Virus record (IMG/VR): IMGVR_UViG_3300043313_000558
DNA length: 64,000 bases
Reading direction: 5' to 3' (one strand)
DNA from: a virus
Taxonomy: Duplodnaviria > Heunggongvirae > Uroviricota > Caudoviricetes
Shown: piece by piece, positions 9,518-18,829 of the stretch
How the letters are laid out: each line of letters starts with the position of its first letter
Numbering within the stretch: position 1 is the first letter of the stretch
Made by a program: the position numbers and the translations under genes
Notes under the pieces: generated by a model
Databases searched by the model: none
Seen by the model: only the letters and a program-made list of their open reading frames with translations
Told to the model about the DNA's origin: nothing

Positions 9518-10099
9518 TTACTTGCGCTTGCCCCGACCACGCGGGTCCACGACCGGAGGCTCGCCCTCGACCGGGATCTCGTTGGGAAGGGTGTTGTCGG
9601 GGTGCTCACCCGGATTGCCACCACCAGAGCCAGGGAGGGTGTTGTCCGGGTGCTCTCCGCCACCGCCGGTCTGCGGGTCGTTGGCCTCGAAGCCCGAGGA
9701 GAGGTCATCGAGGCGCTGCTTGGCGCTGTCGATGGTGGACACCAGGGCCTCGGAGTTCGCGACCTGGGCCTCCAGGGCGGCGTTGAGCTCGGTGTTCTCC
9801 GAGGAAGCCGCTTCGAGGGCGTCACGGGTCTCCTGCAGGTTGCGCTCGGCTTCCTGCCGAACCTGGTCGAGCTCGGTGGTGATCGCCTGCTGCAGGCGGT
9901 TGATGGACTCGTTGAGCGGTGCCATGTACTTCTCCAGTTCTGTAGAAACGTGTCGTTCGATGTGCCGTACCGCGGCCCGGATAGCCCGCAGCGTTTCCTT
10001 GTGCATTGCCTTCATGCCCTGCTGTTCTAGCCAGCTGACCATCCGCTCTCCTTGCTCTTGTAGCCAGTCTCCCAGGGCCTGCACGTCAGCCCTGCGCAT
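9518..10099 (-). CDS. coiled-coil protein with Gly-rich C-terminal tandem repeat; possible fibre assembly/chaperone protein
   Basis: heptad-like ELEKYMAPLNESINRLQQAITTELDQVRQEAERNLQE region; C-terminus GEHPDNTLP repeated twice (48-bp DNA period at 9585-9658). Confidence 0.45.
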   Translation of the reverse strand: MRRADVQALGDWLQEQGERMVSWLEQQGMKAMHKETLRAIRAAVRHIERHVSTELEKYMAPLNESINRLQQAITTELDQVRQEAERNLQETRDALEAASSENTELNAALEAQVANSEALVSTIDSAKQRLDDLSSGFEANDPQTGGGGEHPDNTLPGSGGGNPGEHPDNTLPNEIPVEGEPPVVDPRGRGKRK

Positions 10100-10307
10100 C
10101 CATCAGGACGTGCCCGAAGTCGTGGTCGGCCTTGACCGTGATGATCTGGGAGTCGATCAGCTTGGGCTCCCAGCCACACAGGCAGATGAACGTGGGCTGG
10201 GTGAACAGGCGTTGGTCGTTTGCATCCAGCACGACCGTCTTGACCAGGCCCTGCTCGGTGCAGCCCGACACCAGGCACTGGTAGATGTTCTTCAGGCGCT
10301 TCCTCAT
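10086..10307 (-). CDS. hypothetical 73-aa protein
   Basis: ORF between two fibre-module genes, overlapping the next start; no motif. Confidence 0.3.
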   Translation of the reverse strand: MRKRLKNIYQCLVSGCTEQGLVKTVVLDANDQRLFTQPTFICLCGWEPKLIDSQIITVKADHDFGHVLMDAQG

Positions 10308-10316
10308 GTGCTCCCC

Positions 10317-11576
10317 TTACCTCGTGGCCGCCTTGATGACGGTCCCGCTCAGGTTCTTGATGGTGACCCGGGGGTCATCACAGATGATCTGGCTCTCGCG
10401 GGCCACGAAGATCTCCCGAGGGGCACCACCGAAGGTGTTGTTGTTGCCCCAGAGCAGCACGCCACCGAAGTTGGACTCCAGGCGGGCCAGACCTCGGTTG
10501 CCGCCGAACATGCAGCTGTCCACGGAGATCTCGGTGTTGCCGCTGATCCCCTGGATGCCCTGGCCGCCCTTGAACGAGCAGGCAGTGAAGGCGAAGTTGT
10601 TCGCGCTGCCGTTGAAGCGCACCTGGTAGGACTCGGTGGGGTAGCCGTCCGGGGCATCGAACTCGGTGCCGATGCACCGGGAGTTGTGCCCGTAGGTGAC
10701 CTTGAGCTGGTAGCTCTTGCGCCGCGCACTGATCATCGCGGAGCCGATGACGGACTTGGAGCAGGAGAACTCGATGAAGGGCAGGTCAGCACCCATCCAG
10801 GTGGTGTTGCCGGAGTCCATGAACCCACCACCGAGGAACCACTTGCACTCGGATCCGCCCAGGGTGAGCGGGGTTGCTCCGGACATGGCCTGGAAGTTGT
10901 TGAACCCGCTCATGTCCAGGCCAGTGCCCCAGCCCTTGAAGATGTTGCGCCAGCCCACGAAGGAGCAGTTGTTGAAGTCCCAGTACCACTGCACGTAGTT
11001 GGAGTCGAAGCCCCCAGGAGCCCGAGGCAGGAAGTCCTTGTCACTTCCTGCGCTGAACTGGATGCCCGAGGCCACGAAGTCCCGGCTAACCCCGTTGGCG
11101 GGGTAGCTGTAGCCGGTGTTCTTGTAGAGCACGAACATCGAGGAGCCCGCAGGCCCGGTGTAGGTGATCGTGGGGGCCTTGCCGTACTCGAAGGCCCTGC
11201 CCTGGCTACCACGCCATCTACCAGGCGCAGTGGGGATCTGCACGTTGCAGTAGTGGTTGCGGAAGGCGAACTCCACCTCACCGGTCCAGCCCTGCTTCAT
11301 CTTGTTGGCCAGGTTGGTGAACCGCTCGTTGTCCGAGCTGCCCAGCGAGTCGAACGGGGTGCCGTTGCCGCTGCCCTGGGTGATCGTGCCACCAGAGCCA
11401 GAGCCAGCAGGTCCGGGTGGGCCCATCGGGCCTTCGGGTCCGGGAGGACCTTGTGGACCGGGAGGACCTGCTGGGCCTTGGCTGCCGGTGCCCACAGTGG
11501 GATAGGGCGGTAGGGGGACGAACTGGTCCAGATCGGGATCAAACACCTGCAGGTTGGCCATGCGCTTACCTTTCAT
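10317..11576 (-). CDS. collagen-like repeat + right-handed beta-helix (pectin-lyase-like) tail fibre/tailspike
   Basis: GSQGPAGPPGPQGPPGPEGPMGPPGPAGS Gly-X-Y run; C-terminal repeats with N/G/C-rich beta-helix turns (NNFAFTACSF, NTEISVDSCMFGGN). Confidence 0.6.
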   Translation of the reverse strand: MKGKRMANLQVFDPDLDQFVPLPPYPTVGTGSQGPAGPPGPQGPPGPEGPMGPPGPAGSGSGGTITQGSGNGTPFDSLGSSDNERFTNLANKMKQGWTGEVEFAFRNHYCNVQIPTAPGRWRGSQGRAFEYGKAPTITYTGPAGSSMFVLYKNTGYSYPANGVSRDFVASGIQFSAGSDKDFLPRAPGGFDSNYVQWYWDFNNCSFVGWRNIFKGWGTGLDMSGFNNFQAMSGATPLTLGGSECKWFLGGGFMDSGNTTWMGADLPFIEFSCSKSVIGSAMISARRKSYQLKVTYGHNSRCIGTEFDAPDGYPTESYQVRFNGSANNFAFTACSFKGGQGIQGISGNTEISVDSCMFGGNRGLARLESNFGGVLLWGNNNTFGGAPREIFVARESQIICDDPRVTIKNLSGTVIKAATR

Positions 11577-11590
11577 GGGGGTTGGTAGAG

Positions 11591-11950
11591 CTAAAGGTCC
11601 TTGTGCCGCTCCTCATCGTGGAAGATCTCGCTGCGCTCTCCTACGTAGGCGACATCCACCTCGGTTTGGCCCTTGTGCTGAGCAAAGCTGATCTCGTACA
11701 CCTTGGTGCAGCTCTCACACCAAAGCAGCAAGGTGATGGAGTGCCTGCGCACGCTGTGCCCATGAACACGCCCATCGTTGCGGATGTCGACGTCACCGCC
11801 AGCCAGGGCGATGTACACGTCCTTGATCGGCTGGTCCTCCATCCGGACCTCAGCATGGCAGTGATCGATGTGCGTGAAGGTCCCTTCGCACCCCGGACAT
11901 CGCAGCGCAGGGGGCGCGAACATGTTCGAGGAGTCGAAGGACAGGCTCAT
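11591..11950 (-). CDS. Cys/His-rich small protein (119 aa)
   Basis: RCPGCEG..HIDHCH...CESC putative metal-binding ligands. Confidence 0.4.
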   Translation of the reverse strand: MSLSFDSSNMFAPPALRCPGCEGTFTHIDHCHAEVRMEDQPIKDVYIALAGGDVDIRNDGRVHGHSVRRHSITLLLWCESCTKVYEISFAQHKGQTEVDVAYVGERSEIFHDEERHKDL

Positions 11951-12324
11951 GTGCTCTTGATCCTGCGCAGCTTGACCCGCTCATGGCCGACCAGGGAGCG
12001 CCAGTTGTGGATCGCGGTGTCGGTGTTGGAGGTGACCGGCTCGGCATGGGCCCAGTTGCCCTTGCGGTCCTGCACCAGGATCCAGTGGGTGGGCTTGGGT
12101 TGGGCTTCGGCCTCGGCCCTCCACCGGGCGTAGCGGGCCTCCTCGGCCTCCTTGAACACCCTGGAGTTCCAGGTGATCTTGCGGCCCTCGCACTCGATGT
12201 AGTCGAGGGACTCCATGCCCATGTCGGAGGCGTAGATCGCGGCCTCGATGGCCTCGGGCAGCGAGTCGAAGCTCTCCACCACGTACTGCCCGTAGACGTG
12301 GGCGAACTTCAGGGCCTTGGCCAT
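11947..12324 (-). CDS. hypothetical 125-aa protein
   Basis: ORF with ATGA coupling to both neighbours. Confidence 0.4.
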   Translation of the reverse strand: MAKALKFAHVYGQYVVESFDSLPEAIEAAIYASDMGMESLDYIECEGRKITWNSRVFKEAEEARYARWRAEAEAQPKPTHWILVQDRKGNWAHAEPVTSNTDTAIHNWRSLVGHERVKLRRIKST

Positions 12325-12512
12325 CAGGAGGCCTTGCGGTGCGAGATCTCGAAGTAGGTGTTGGTCAGGTAGCGGATCACCGCGCTCATCGACTCCATGT
12401 TCAGCTCCTGCTGCAAGGCCCGGATCCTGGCCTTCTCGGTCGGGCTCAACCTCACGAATACCAGGTCTGAGCGGGTCTCACCGTCGATGGTGATCTCCTT
12501 GCCTCGGGGCAT
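12324..12512 (-). CDS. ribbon-helix-helix (CopG/Arc-like) DNA-binding protein
   Basis: internal start MPRGKEITIDGETRSDLVFVRLSPTEKARIRALQQELNMESMSAVIRYL: beta-strand followed by two helices typical of RHH. Confidence 0.45.
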   Translation of the reverse strand: MPRGKEITIDGETRSDLVFVRLSPTEKARIRALQQELNMESMSAVIRYLTNTYFEISHRKAS

Positions 12513-12583
12513 CTGCTTCTCCTTTAGGTGGGGCTCCGCCAGGCCGCAGGCCCGCATCACGCAACGACCTGGCGGAGGTCTTG

Positions 12584-12787
12584 TTAGTGCCAGCGATAGT
12601 GCTCTGCCCAGTCGTACTCACTGTCGTGCTTGCGTCCAGTGAGCAGCAGCTGCTCATGGGTGGGCCAGGTGTAGTAGGAGTCGGTGAAGTTGGGGTGCAT
12701 GGCGCACCGGATCACCACCACGTTCTCGTCCCCCAGGCGCTCGTAGGCGCAGTTGAGGGCGTGCTGGGGGTCGTCGCGCTCACTCAC
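12584..12787 (-). CDS. hypothetical 67-aa protein
   Basis: ORF only. Confidence 0.3.
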   Translation of the reverse strand: MSERDDPQHALNCAYERLGDENVVVIRCAMHPNFTDSYYTWPTHEQLLLTGRKHDSEYDWAEHYRWH

Positions 12788-12975
12788 TTCTTCCTGCCCT
12801 TGAAGTCGTTGAACAGCTCGAAGCCCTCGATGGCCTTGGTCAGGGCCTGCGTGGCCTGGACCTGTGCTGCTCCCAGCAGGGCTTGGGCTGCCTGTGGGGC
12901 ATCCCGGTCGTACATCTTCTGGGCCTCGTTGAGCAGATGATCTGTGGTCATCGAGCTCCAGGGTGCCGGGATCAT
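12784..12975 (-). CDS. hypothetical 63-aa helical protein
   Basis: ORF only. Confidence 0.3.
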   Translation of the reverse strand: MIPAPWSSMTTDHLLNEAQKMYDRDAPQAAQALLGAAQVQATQALTKAIEGFELFNDFKGRKK

Positions 12976-13090
12976 CTGCTACCTACGCTTCCGTAACCTA
13001 CGCAGACGTAACTTTCGGTTGCGTAGGTTTGGTTTGGTGTGGTGGTGTATGCCGAAGCACCACTGCCGAAGCAACCACGCCAGGGGATCA

Positions 13091-13267
13091 CGAGATCACC
13101 TTGACCCGGATGACCACGATGCCCGGGTAGCGAGCCTGGAGTGCATACAGAGCTTGGTCGATACCTTCGTATACCGTGCTGGCCGCCAGGAGAGCTCCGC
13201 AGCCCTTGGCACCCTCGGTCACCCGGTACCGAAAGCCGTAGGGCAGCTGTTCCACGATCGCGCTCAT
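13091..13267 (-). CDS. hypothetical 58-aa protein
   Basis: hand-translated MSAIVEQLPYGFRYRVTEGAKGCGALLAASTVYEGIDQALYALQARYPGIVVIRVKVIS; ATGA overlap with the upstream gene stop. Confidence 0.3.
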
Positions 13268-13488
13268 AGCTGCTCCGCACTCACCAGCGGGTAGTTCCGG
13301 TTGGTGATGAAGTACTCGGCACGGGTGTACTCCTCATCCACTGGACTGAAGTAGTGCCACCGGTGGTCGCACACGCTGCAGATCCAGAACAGCTCAGTAC
13401 CTCGGTTGGGCAGCATCCCGATCGGTATCGCATCGTGGCCACACTCAGGACAGCTCGTCTTGGCGCTCTTCATCATCGACCTCCGCAC
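13264..13488 (-). CDS. zinc-ribbon small protein
   Basis: CPECGH...CSVCDH two CxxC pairs. Confidence 0.4.
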   Translation of the reverse strand: MRRSMMKSAKTSCPECGHDAIPIGMLPNRGTELFWICSVCDHRWHYFSPVDEEYTRAEYFITNRNYPLVSAEQL

Positions 13489-13687
13489 ACTTGTAGCCGT
13501 ACCAGAACGTTGGTGCCCATCCGGCTACCGGGACACCATCGATGAACGCGGTGAGGTTGCCTGCGGAGTCCACTTCCATCTCCTCGGCTTCGACCACGTC
13601 GTAGTCCTCCCTGGTGTTCACCTGCCAGGTCTTCACTTGTTCTTGGTCCCGATGTCCGCACCCACACTCGGGCTCTTCCGGTACCAC
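13445..13687 (-). CDS. acidic 80-aa protein
   Basis: ORF; CGCGH motif near N-terminus. Confidence 0.3.
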   Translation of the reverse strand: MVPEEPECGCGHRDQEQVKTWQVNTREDYDVVEAEEMEVDSAGNLTAFIDGVPVAGWAPTFWYGYKCAEVDDEERQDELS

Positions 13688-13763
13688 TCAGGTGTTGCCA
13701 GGTCATCCTTGCGCTTCGCGCTCTTCGGCTTCTTGGTTTCTTTCTTGGAGTCCTTGCCCTTGC

Positions 13764-14036
13764 TCACTTGCTGACCTCCACCCGGTCCTGGATGCTCAGG
13801 TCCTCCTCGCTGAACAGCGTGGATGCACCGTTGATCATCTCGTTGCTCTCCCGAAGCGCAGGGTGCGCCTGGTAGTAGCTGAGTATCTCTTCCTCGTTGT
13901 GCAGCTCGATCCGGGCTTCACGCAGCTCACGGTCCATCTGATCCACCTTGCCTCGAAGGCGTTCCACCAGCTTGCTCTGCTTATCCAGCTGTTCCTGAGC
14001 TCGCACAGCCATCTCCCGCGTTACTCCCTTGCTCAT
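13764..14036 (-). CDS. coiled-coil 90-aa protein
   Basis: internal start MSKGVTREMAVRAQEQLDKQSKLVERLRGKVDQMDRELREARIEL. Confidence 0.35.
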   Translation of the reverse strand: MSKGVTREMAVRAQEQLDKQSKLVERLRGKVDQMDRELREARIELHNEEEILSYYQAHPALRESNEMINGASTLFSEEDLSIQDRVEVSK

Positions 14037-14177
14037 CTGTTCTCCTCCATGATCCGCACCATCACGACCCGATGACCTTTCTTCTTGGCCTTGGCGGTCA
14101 TCACCTGGTAGCCCATGGACTGGAACTGCCTCCGTGCTGATGCCGCGTTGTTCTCGCTGTAGGTTTCTGCTACCCAC

Positions 14178-14516
14178 TCACCTGGATGTGCCTCCACCAT
14201 CTGCTGGAACTCGTTGATGTTCACGTTCGGTGGTCGTCCCACTCGCTTCGGCTTGTAGTTCGCTCCTAGTACTTCCGGCATCCGTGTTCTCCTCTGGGAT
14301 CTTTGCTTCAAAATCCGCTTGACCTGCTACTTCGTCATTCAGAGCGCTTAGCTTTGCTGCATGAACAGCGACCTGAGCACAGGTCTGGCAGATCGGGAAC
14401 CGCGGAACCTCACCGAGGAGGGTGTACAGCACCTTGGCGGTGGACTTGAAGTTCTCCTTCTTCCACCCGCACAGCGTGGCCGGTCGGTAGTTGTAGCTGG
14501 TCCTACCGCTGCTCAT
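14178..14516 (-). CDS. hypothetical 112-aa protein with CxxC
   Basis: internal start MSSGRTSYNYRPATLCGWKK..FPICQTCAQ of the 14178..14651 ORF. Confidence 0.3.
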   Translation of the reverse strand: MSSGRTSYNYRPATLCGWKKENFKSTAKVLYTLLGEVPRFPICQTCAQVAVHAAKLSALNDEVAGQADFEAKIPEENTDAGSTRSELQAEASGTTTEREHQRVPADGGGTSR

Positions 14517-14821
14517 CACCTGGCCAGAGGACTGGACCCAGATACAGATGTGGGTGACCTTGGTGGTCTGAAGGTAGGCGACGCTCTCCGCCACGGTGCT
14601 CTCTTCCCGGCGGCTTACAGGCCTGCCTCTGCTTGGACGTCGCACCCACACTTGTAGAGCTTGTCACCGAGCTCCCTGGCCAGGATGGGCGTCATGGTCA
14701 GTTCCACCGCATCGATCTTCAAGACGACCTTTCCGCCCTGCTTTTCGATGGTTACTTCCTTACCTTCTCCCTGCGTTCCCACTGAACCTACCTCCTCGGT
14801 GCAAGGGTTGTCAAGCCTGGT

Positions 14822-16327
14822 CTAGGTCAGGTTGTAGACGTCCTCGTCAACCTTGTGCACCTCGCCCTCACGCCAGGCCGTACCGGTGGCCAGCTGCTCC
14901 TTGTTCTGCTCGACCTGGTCGGCCATCCAGTTCCGCTCGCTCTTAGGGCTCGCCCAGGGGTTCACCGCCGGGAAGCGGTGCGAGACCAGCTTCCAGGCCA
15001 GTGCGGCGCTGCAGAAGCTGTCCGGGAGGTGGAAGTCCTTACCCCGGCTGTACAGGTCGTCAGTGGACGCGTAGAGGATCTCCCGGTAGAAGGAGCCGAT
15101 CCGGGGTGCAGTGATCTGACCCCGCTCCACCCCGGAGACGAACTCGGAGAGCATGTCGTCACGCTCACGTCCGGCCATCACGAAGTTGCGGACCCGGCTG
15201 TCCATCATGTCGGAGACCACCCGGCCCAGCCCGGTGGCGTCGTGGATGCCCGCCGCGTTGTAGCTCTTGGCCAGCTTGTTGAACCAGCCGACCATGTACG
15301 GGTAGGGCCTGCGCTGCATCCGGATGTAGTACACGCAGCGGATCGGTGCACTGGTCACGTCCCACACGGTGATCACGGTCCAGTCGATCGCCTGAGCCCA
15401 GTCCGCGGCGATCACGTAGTCGGTGTCGGAGCGCGGCTCCTCGTAGAGCACCTGTTCGAAGTCCCGGTCGGCCTTGATCGGCTCAGGGTTGGGCAGCGAG
15501 AACATCCGTTCTACTGCTTCGGAGTCGATCGCACGGTTGCCGATGCTGGGCTCACCGAGCTCGTACTCCACTCGCCAGCGCTCTCGGGACACCTCCAGCT
15601 TCTTCTGCTCGACGAACTCTTCGTCCAGCCAGCCGTCCCGGGCCCACATCGTGTCCTTGTAGCACCACTCGAAGATGGGCAGGCCCTCGTCCTTGAACCG
15701 GTGCATCTCCTTGGCCATGGTGCCGTCGGCGTACTGCAGCGTGGAGCCCATCATGGTCTGCTGCGGGATCCGCGCCCCCACGTGGTTGGGCTGCGGCATC
15801 GGCTGGCCCTTGGCGCTCTCCAGGATCTCGTAGTCCATCTCGTCGATCTCGTCCAGGATCAGTCGAGGTGGGTGAGGACCACGCACCGCCTTCTGGGACG
15901 CGGTCAGTGGGCGGATGATCGCCTTGTTGTGCAGGATCATCTTCTGGATCGCGTCGGTCTTGATCATCGACCGAGGTGCACCGGGGCTGTCCCAGGCCTT
16001 ACGCATGTGCTCCAGGACGTTCTGGGACTGGTTCTCGCTACCACCGACGATGTTGCAGTCGGTGCCCCAGATCACCGCGGTGGTCAGCCCGAGCAGGCTC
16101 ATCATCGCGCTCTTACCGCTCAGGCCTCGCGAGCCCAGGCAGAGCACCTGTGGGCTGCGGGCGAAGAAGCTGTGCGCGAAGGCGTCGAACGGGGCCTGGT
16201 GGTGGGCACAGTGCTTGTCCCGGGGGATGGTCACCCCCCAGAAGGCCTTGACCACCTCGTAGAGCTCACCGTCGTTGTGCGGCGGACGGGTCAGCTGATA
16301 GCTGGGCGGGACGGTGATCGTGCTCAT
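14822..16327 (-). CDS. terminase large subunit
   Basis: Walker A GSRGLSGKS, Walker B LILDEIDEM, and C-terminal RNaseH-like nuclease region with acidic residues (DWAQAIDWTVITVWD, GIHDATGLG). Confidence 0.8.
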   Translation of the reverse strand: MSTITVPPSYQLTRPPHNDGELYEVVKAFWGVTIPRDKHCAHHQAPFDAFAHSFFARSPQVLCLGSRGLSGKSAMMSLLGLTTAVIWGTDCNIVGGSENQSQNVLEHMRKAWDSPGAPRSMIKTDAIQKMILHNKAIIRPLTASQKAVRGPHPPRLILDEIDEMDYEILESAKGQPMPQPNHVGARIPQQTMMGSTLQYADGTMAKEMHRFKDEGLPIFEWCYKDTMWARDGWLDEEFVEQKKLEVSRERWRVEYELGEPSIGNRAIDSEAVERMFSLPNPEPIKADRDFEQVLYEEPRSDTDYVIAADWAQAIDWTVITVWDVTSAPIRCVYYIRMQRRPYPYMVGWFNKLAKSYNAAGIHDATGLGRVVSDMMDSRVRNFVMAGRERDDMLSEFVSGVERGQITAPRIGSFYREILYASTDDLYSRGKDFHLPDSFCSAALAWKLVSHRFPAVNPWASPKSERNWMADQVEQNKEQLATGTAWREGEVHKVDEDVYNLT

Positions 16328-16348
16328 GTGGGCATCGTCCCACCCGTG

Positions 16349-17374
16349 TCACACGTACTCGCGCCAGGTGAACTTCAGCCGCCCGCTGGTGGTTCCCTTG
16401 CCGTAGCAGATGTTGTAGTAGCTGCTCGTGGTGGACGTGGTGCCGTACATCATCCCGATGCCCCGGTACTCCCCGGACAAGAAGTTGTTGTGCCAGTCGC
16501 TCTTGAGCGTGATCGTCTTGCCCTCGCCACGGCCCAGGTCCACCGCGTTGTACTCACCGACCACCCGGTTCGACCCCGGCGAGCCGGAGGGCTGGGAGGT
16601 CAGGTCGTGGTGCCCGATCATGATGTTGCCGTCACCGGCGATGCCGTGTGAGGAGGAGGAGCGCTGCACGTAGAGCTCCACCTTGGTCAGGTCGTAGGCG
16701 TTCTTTATGAGGTTGTAGATGGCCGTGCCGTAGAACCAGAACCCCTGGAAGTTATCGCCACTACCTTGGTACACGTAGTTGTTGTCGGTACGCCATCCGT
16801 AAGAGCTGCGGTACGACGCACTGTCGGTGCAGGTGACGTACGCGGTCTTAGTGGTGAGCACCTTACTTGGTGCCGGGGGTAGCGGAGTGGTCGTGGTGTA
16901 CTGAGTCGGCGCGCTCCAGTTCCCGGAGGCATCGCGAGTCCATCCGGTCACGTAGTACTTGGTCCCCGAGCTAAGCGCGGGGGTGACCCGGGTGGTGGTG
17001 GACCCGGGTGCCCCGGTCCAGGACCAGTGCGGCTGGCCATCGGCTTGGGTATTGGTGAAGCTGTTGGCGTCGACCACGCCCGGGTTGGTCGGGTACGCGG
17101 TCTTGGACATCTTCAGGCAGCCACCAGTGACATCGACGTCAGCGGCCAGCTTGACCGTCACTGAGTAGGTCTTGGTGGTGGTGTTGTGTGCTCCAGCGCT
17201 GAAGACGATCACGCCCGGGGGCACCAGGTCGGCGTTGAACCGCTCGGTCCACACCGTCGGGGCGGTCTTCTCGTACAGGTGCACCACCGGCTTCCAGCTG
17301 GTGGCGTCCTTGGTGTAGAGCGGACCGGGCTTCCAGCCGTCTACGGTCTTGATGTAGATCGTGCCGAAGGCCAT
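16349..17374 (-). CDS. tail fibre/receptor-binding-like protein (341 aa)
   Basis: Thr/Ser/Gly-rich beta composition, SWTGAPGSTTTRVTP, YYVTGWTRDASGNWSAPTQYTTTTP repeats. Confidence 0.45.
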   Translation of the reverse strand: MAFGTIYIKTVDGWKPGPLYTKDATSWKPVVHLYEKTAPTVWTERFNADLVPPGVIVFSAGAHNTTTKTYSVTVKLAADVDVTGGCLKMSKTAYPTNPGVVDANSFTNTQADGQPHWSWTGAPGSTTTRVTPALSSGTKYYVTGWTRDASGNWSAPTQYTTTTPLPPAPSKVLTTKTAYVTCTDSASYRSSYGWRTDNNYVYQGSGDNFQGFWFYGTAIYNLIKNAYDLTKVELYVQRSSSSHGIAGDGNIMIGHHDLTSQPSGSPGSNRVVGEYNAVDLGRGEGKTITLKSDWHNNFLSGEYRGIGMMYGTTSTTSSYYNICYGKGTTSGRLKFTWREYV

Positions 17375-17703
17375 CAGGTCGTCTTCACGTACAGGTCACC
17401 CACCGTGCCCAGTGAGGAAGCCGGTGCGGCGGTGCCGCTGTAGACCATCGGCTGGGGCGGGTAGACCCGCTTCCAGGTGGTGCCGTCATAGACCTGGATG
17501 ACCTTGTCGGCAGTGATCCAGGCGACCTCACCGGCCACCGGGGTGGGCCGCTTGGTGGACAGGTCAGCGGACGTGGTGAACCGCTGGACGCTACGCAGCT
17601 CGGCGAAGATGCTGAGCAGGTAGAGCCAGTCGTTCATGTTGTTCATCGGCTCGTTGACGTCCGGGAACGGCCAGGCCTGGTTGGCCGTTGCACGCATGCT
17701 CAT
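17374..17703 (-). CDS. small fibre-associated protein (109 aa)
   Basis: C-terminus VYDGTTWKRV..GDLYVKTT echoes the GTIYIKTVDGWK start of the downstream 341-aa gene. Confidence 0.35.
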   Translation of the reverse strand: MSMRATANQAWPFPDVNEPMNNMNDWLYLLSIFAELRSVQRFTTSADLSTKRPTPVAGEVAWITADKVIQVYDGTTWKRVYPPQPMVYSGTAAPASSLGTVGDLYVKTT

Positions 17704-17711
17704 GAGATCTC

Positions 17712-18446
17712 CTAGGCGGGGTTGGTGCCGCCGATGTCGGCGATCGTGGTGGTCGGGGTAACGATCGATCCGGCCGGGCCGACAGGACCCTGTGGGCCGA
17801 TGTCGCCCTGGATGCCCTGAATGCCCTGGATACCTTGCACACCCTGCTGCCCGGCACCGGTCTTGTTAATCCACAGGTAGCCGGTCACGTTCAGCGTGGC
17901 GGTGTCGTTGTGGCTGACCTTGAAGTTGAGGATGTCGGTGCCCGAGGTGGAGCGCAGCGACAGCGGCAGGCGAATCACGGTGTTGACCAGGCTGTTGCTG
18001 GGGATTATGACCTCCCCGACGTTCACCGAGTTGTAGACGGCCTGGATGGCCCTAAAGCCGGTGCCGTTGACCGAGGTCTGCTTGAAGAAGTGGATCGACA
18101 CTTCGAGGTTGTAGTCCGACCCCGGGGCCAGCACGAAGTTGGTGGTGGAGGCCTGCGCACTGAGTTCATCACGCACCACGGTGCCGAAGCTGATCGTGGT
18201 CCAGGTGGTCGGGTAGTTGCTGGTGACCGTGGACAGCCCGATGCCCTGGGAGGAGGCGGTGAACTGAGAGCTGACCTGCTGCACCCCACCAGTGGGTCCT
18301 GGCACGCCCTGAGGGCCCGCATCGCCCTTCTCCCCCTTGGGGCCGGTAGAACCGGTAGGACCCTGTGGACCGATGCCCTGGATGGTGCCGGTGCGCACGC
18401 TCAGCGTGCCCCCGCTCTCCAGCCGAGTGACCTGTGAGCTGCTCAT
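17712..18446 (-). CDS. collagen-like repeat protein (244 aa), fibre-like
   Basis: GPQGPTGSTGPKGEKGDAGPQGVPGPTG and GVQGIQGIQGIQGDIGPQGPVGPAG Gly-X-Y runs at both ends. Confidence 0.6.
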   Translation of the reverse strand: MSSSQVTRLESGGTLSVRTGTIQGIGPQGPTGSTGPKGEKGDAGPQGVPGPTGGVQQVSSQFTASSQGIGLSTVTSNYPTTWTTISFGTVVRDELSAQASTTNFVLAPGSDYNLEVSIHFFKQTSVNGTGFRAIQAVYNSVNVGEVIIPSNSLVNTVIRLPLSLRSTSGTDILNFKVSHNDTATLNVTGYLWINKTGAGQQGVQGIQGIQGIQGDIGPQGPVGPAGSIVTPTTTIADIGGTNPA

Positions 18447-18829
18447 ACCGACCTCGTGATCCGCTTGTTGACGTACACGTTGCCCTGGACCAGGCGATGG
18501 ATCCTCGTGGCGTTGGTGTCCATGTTGTCCACGTAGGTGATGAACAGGTCGTACTGGTAGACCCCCGACGGGAAGCCCGAGGTGTCCTCGGCCGGGATGG
18601 TCAGCTGGATCAGCCCGGTGTCGGAGTTGTACAGGATGCTCTGGGACCCGGTGGTGTTCCCGTCCGAGGTGGCCAGGGTGTACATGGTGTTGCCGACGTC
18701 GTCGCGGATCTCCATCCGCATCGGGGCGAGCACGGTGTAGGGCTGCTGATCCATCGTCGTCCAGTAGAGCTGAACGCCGTAGTCAGCGCCCTGGTCGATC
18801 TCCAGATCGACGAGCGCAGCAGTACTCAT
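18443..18829 (-). CDS. hypothetical 128-aa beta-rich protein
   Basis: ORF coupled to both neighbours. Confidence 0.35.
   Translation of the reverse strand: MSTAALVDLEIDQGADYGVQLYWTTMDQQPYTVLAPMRMEIRDDVGNTMYTLATSDGNTTGSQSILYNSDTGLIQLTIPAEDTSGFPSGVYQYDLFITYVDNMDTNATRIHRLVQGNVYVNKRITRSV

Noticed and set aside
9351-11513. 720-aa plus-strand ORF
   Set aside because: Antisense to the collagen/beta-helix fibre gene and neighbours; low-complexity Arg/Ser/Ala/Leu-rich translation with no motifs.
14855-16651. 598-aa plus-strand ORF antisense to the large terminase
   Set aside because: R/G/P/H/L/V-dominated composition typical of a spurious antisense frame in high-GC DNA; the opposite strand carries a motif-rich terminase.
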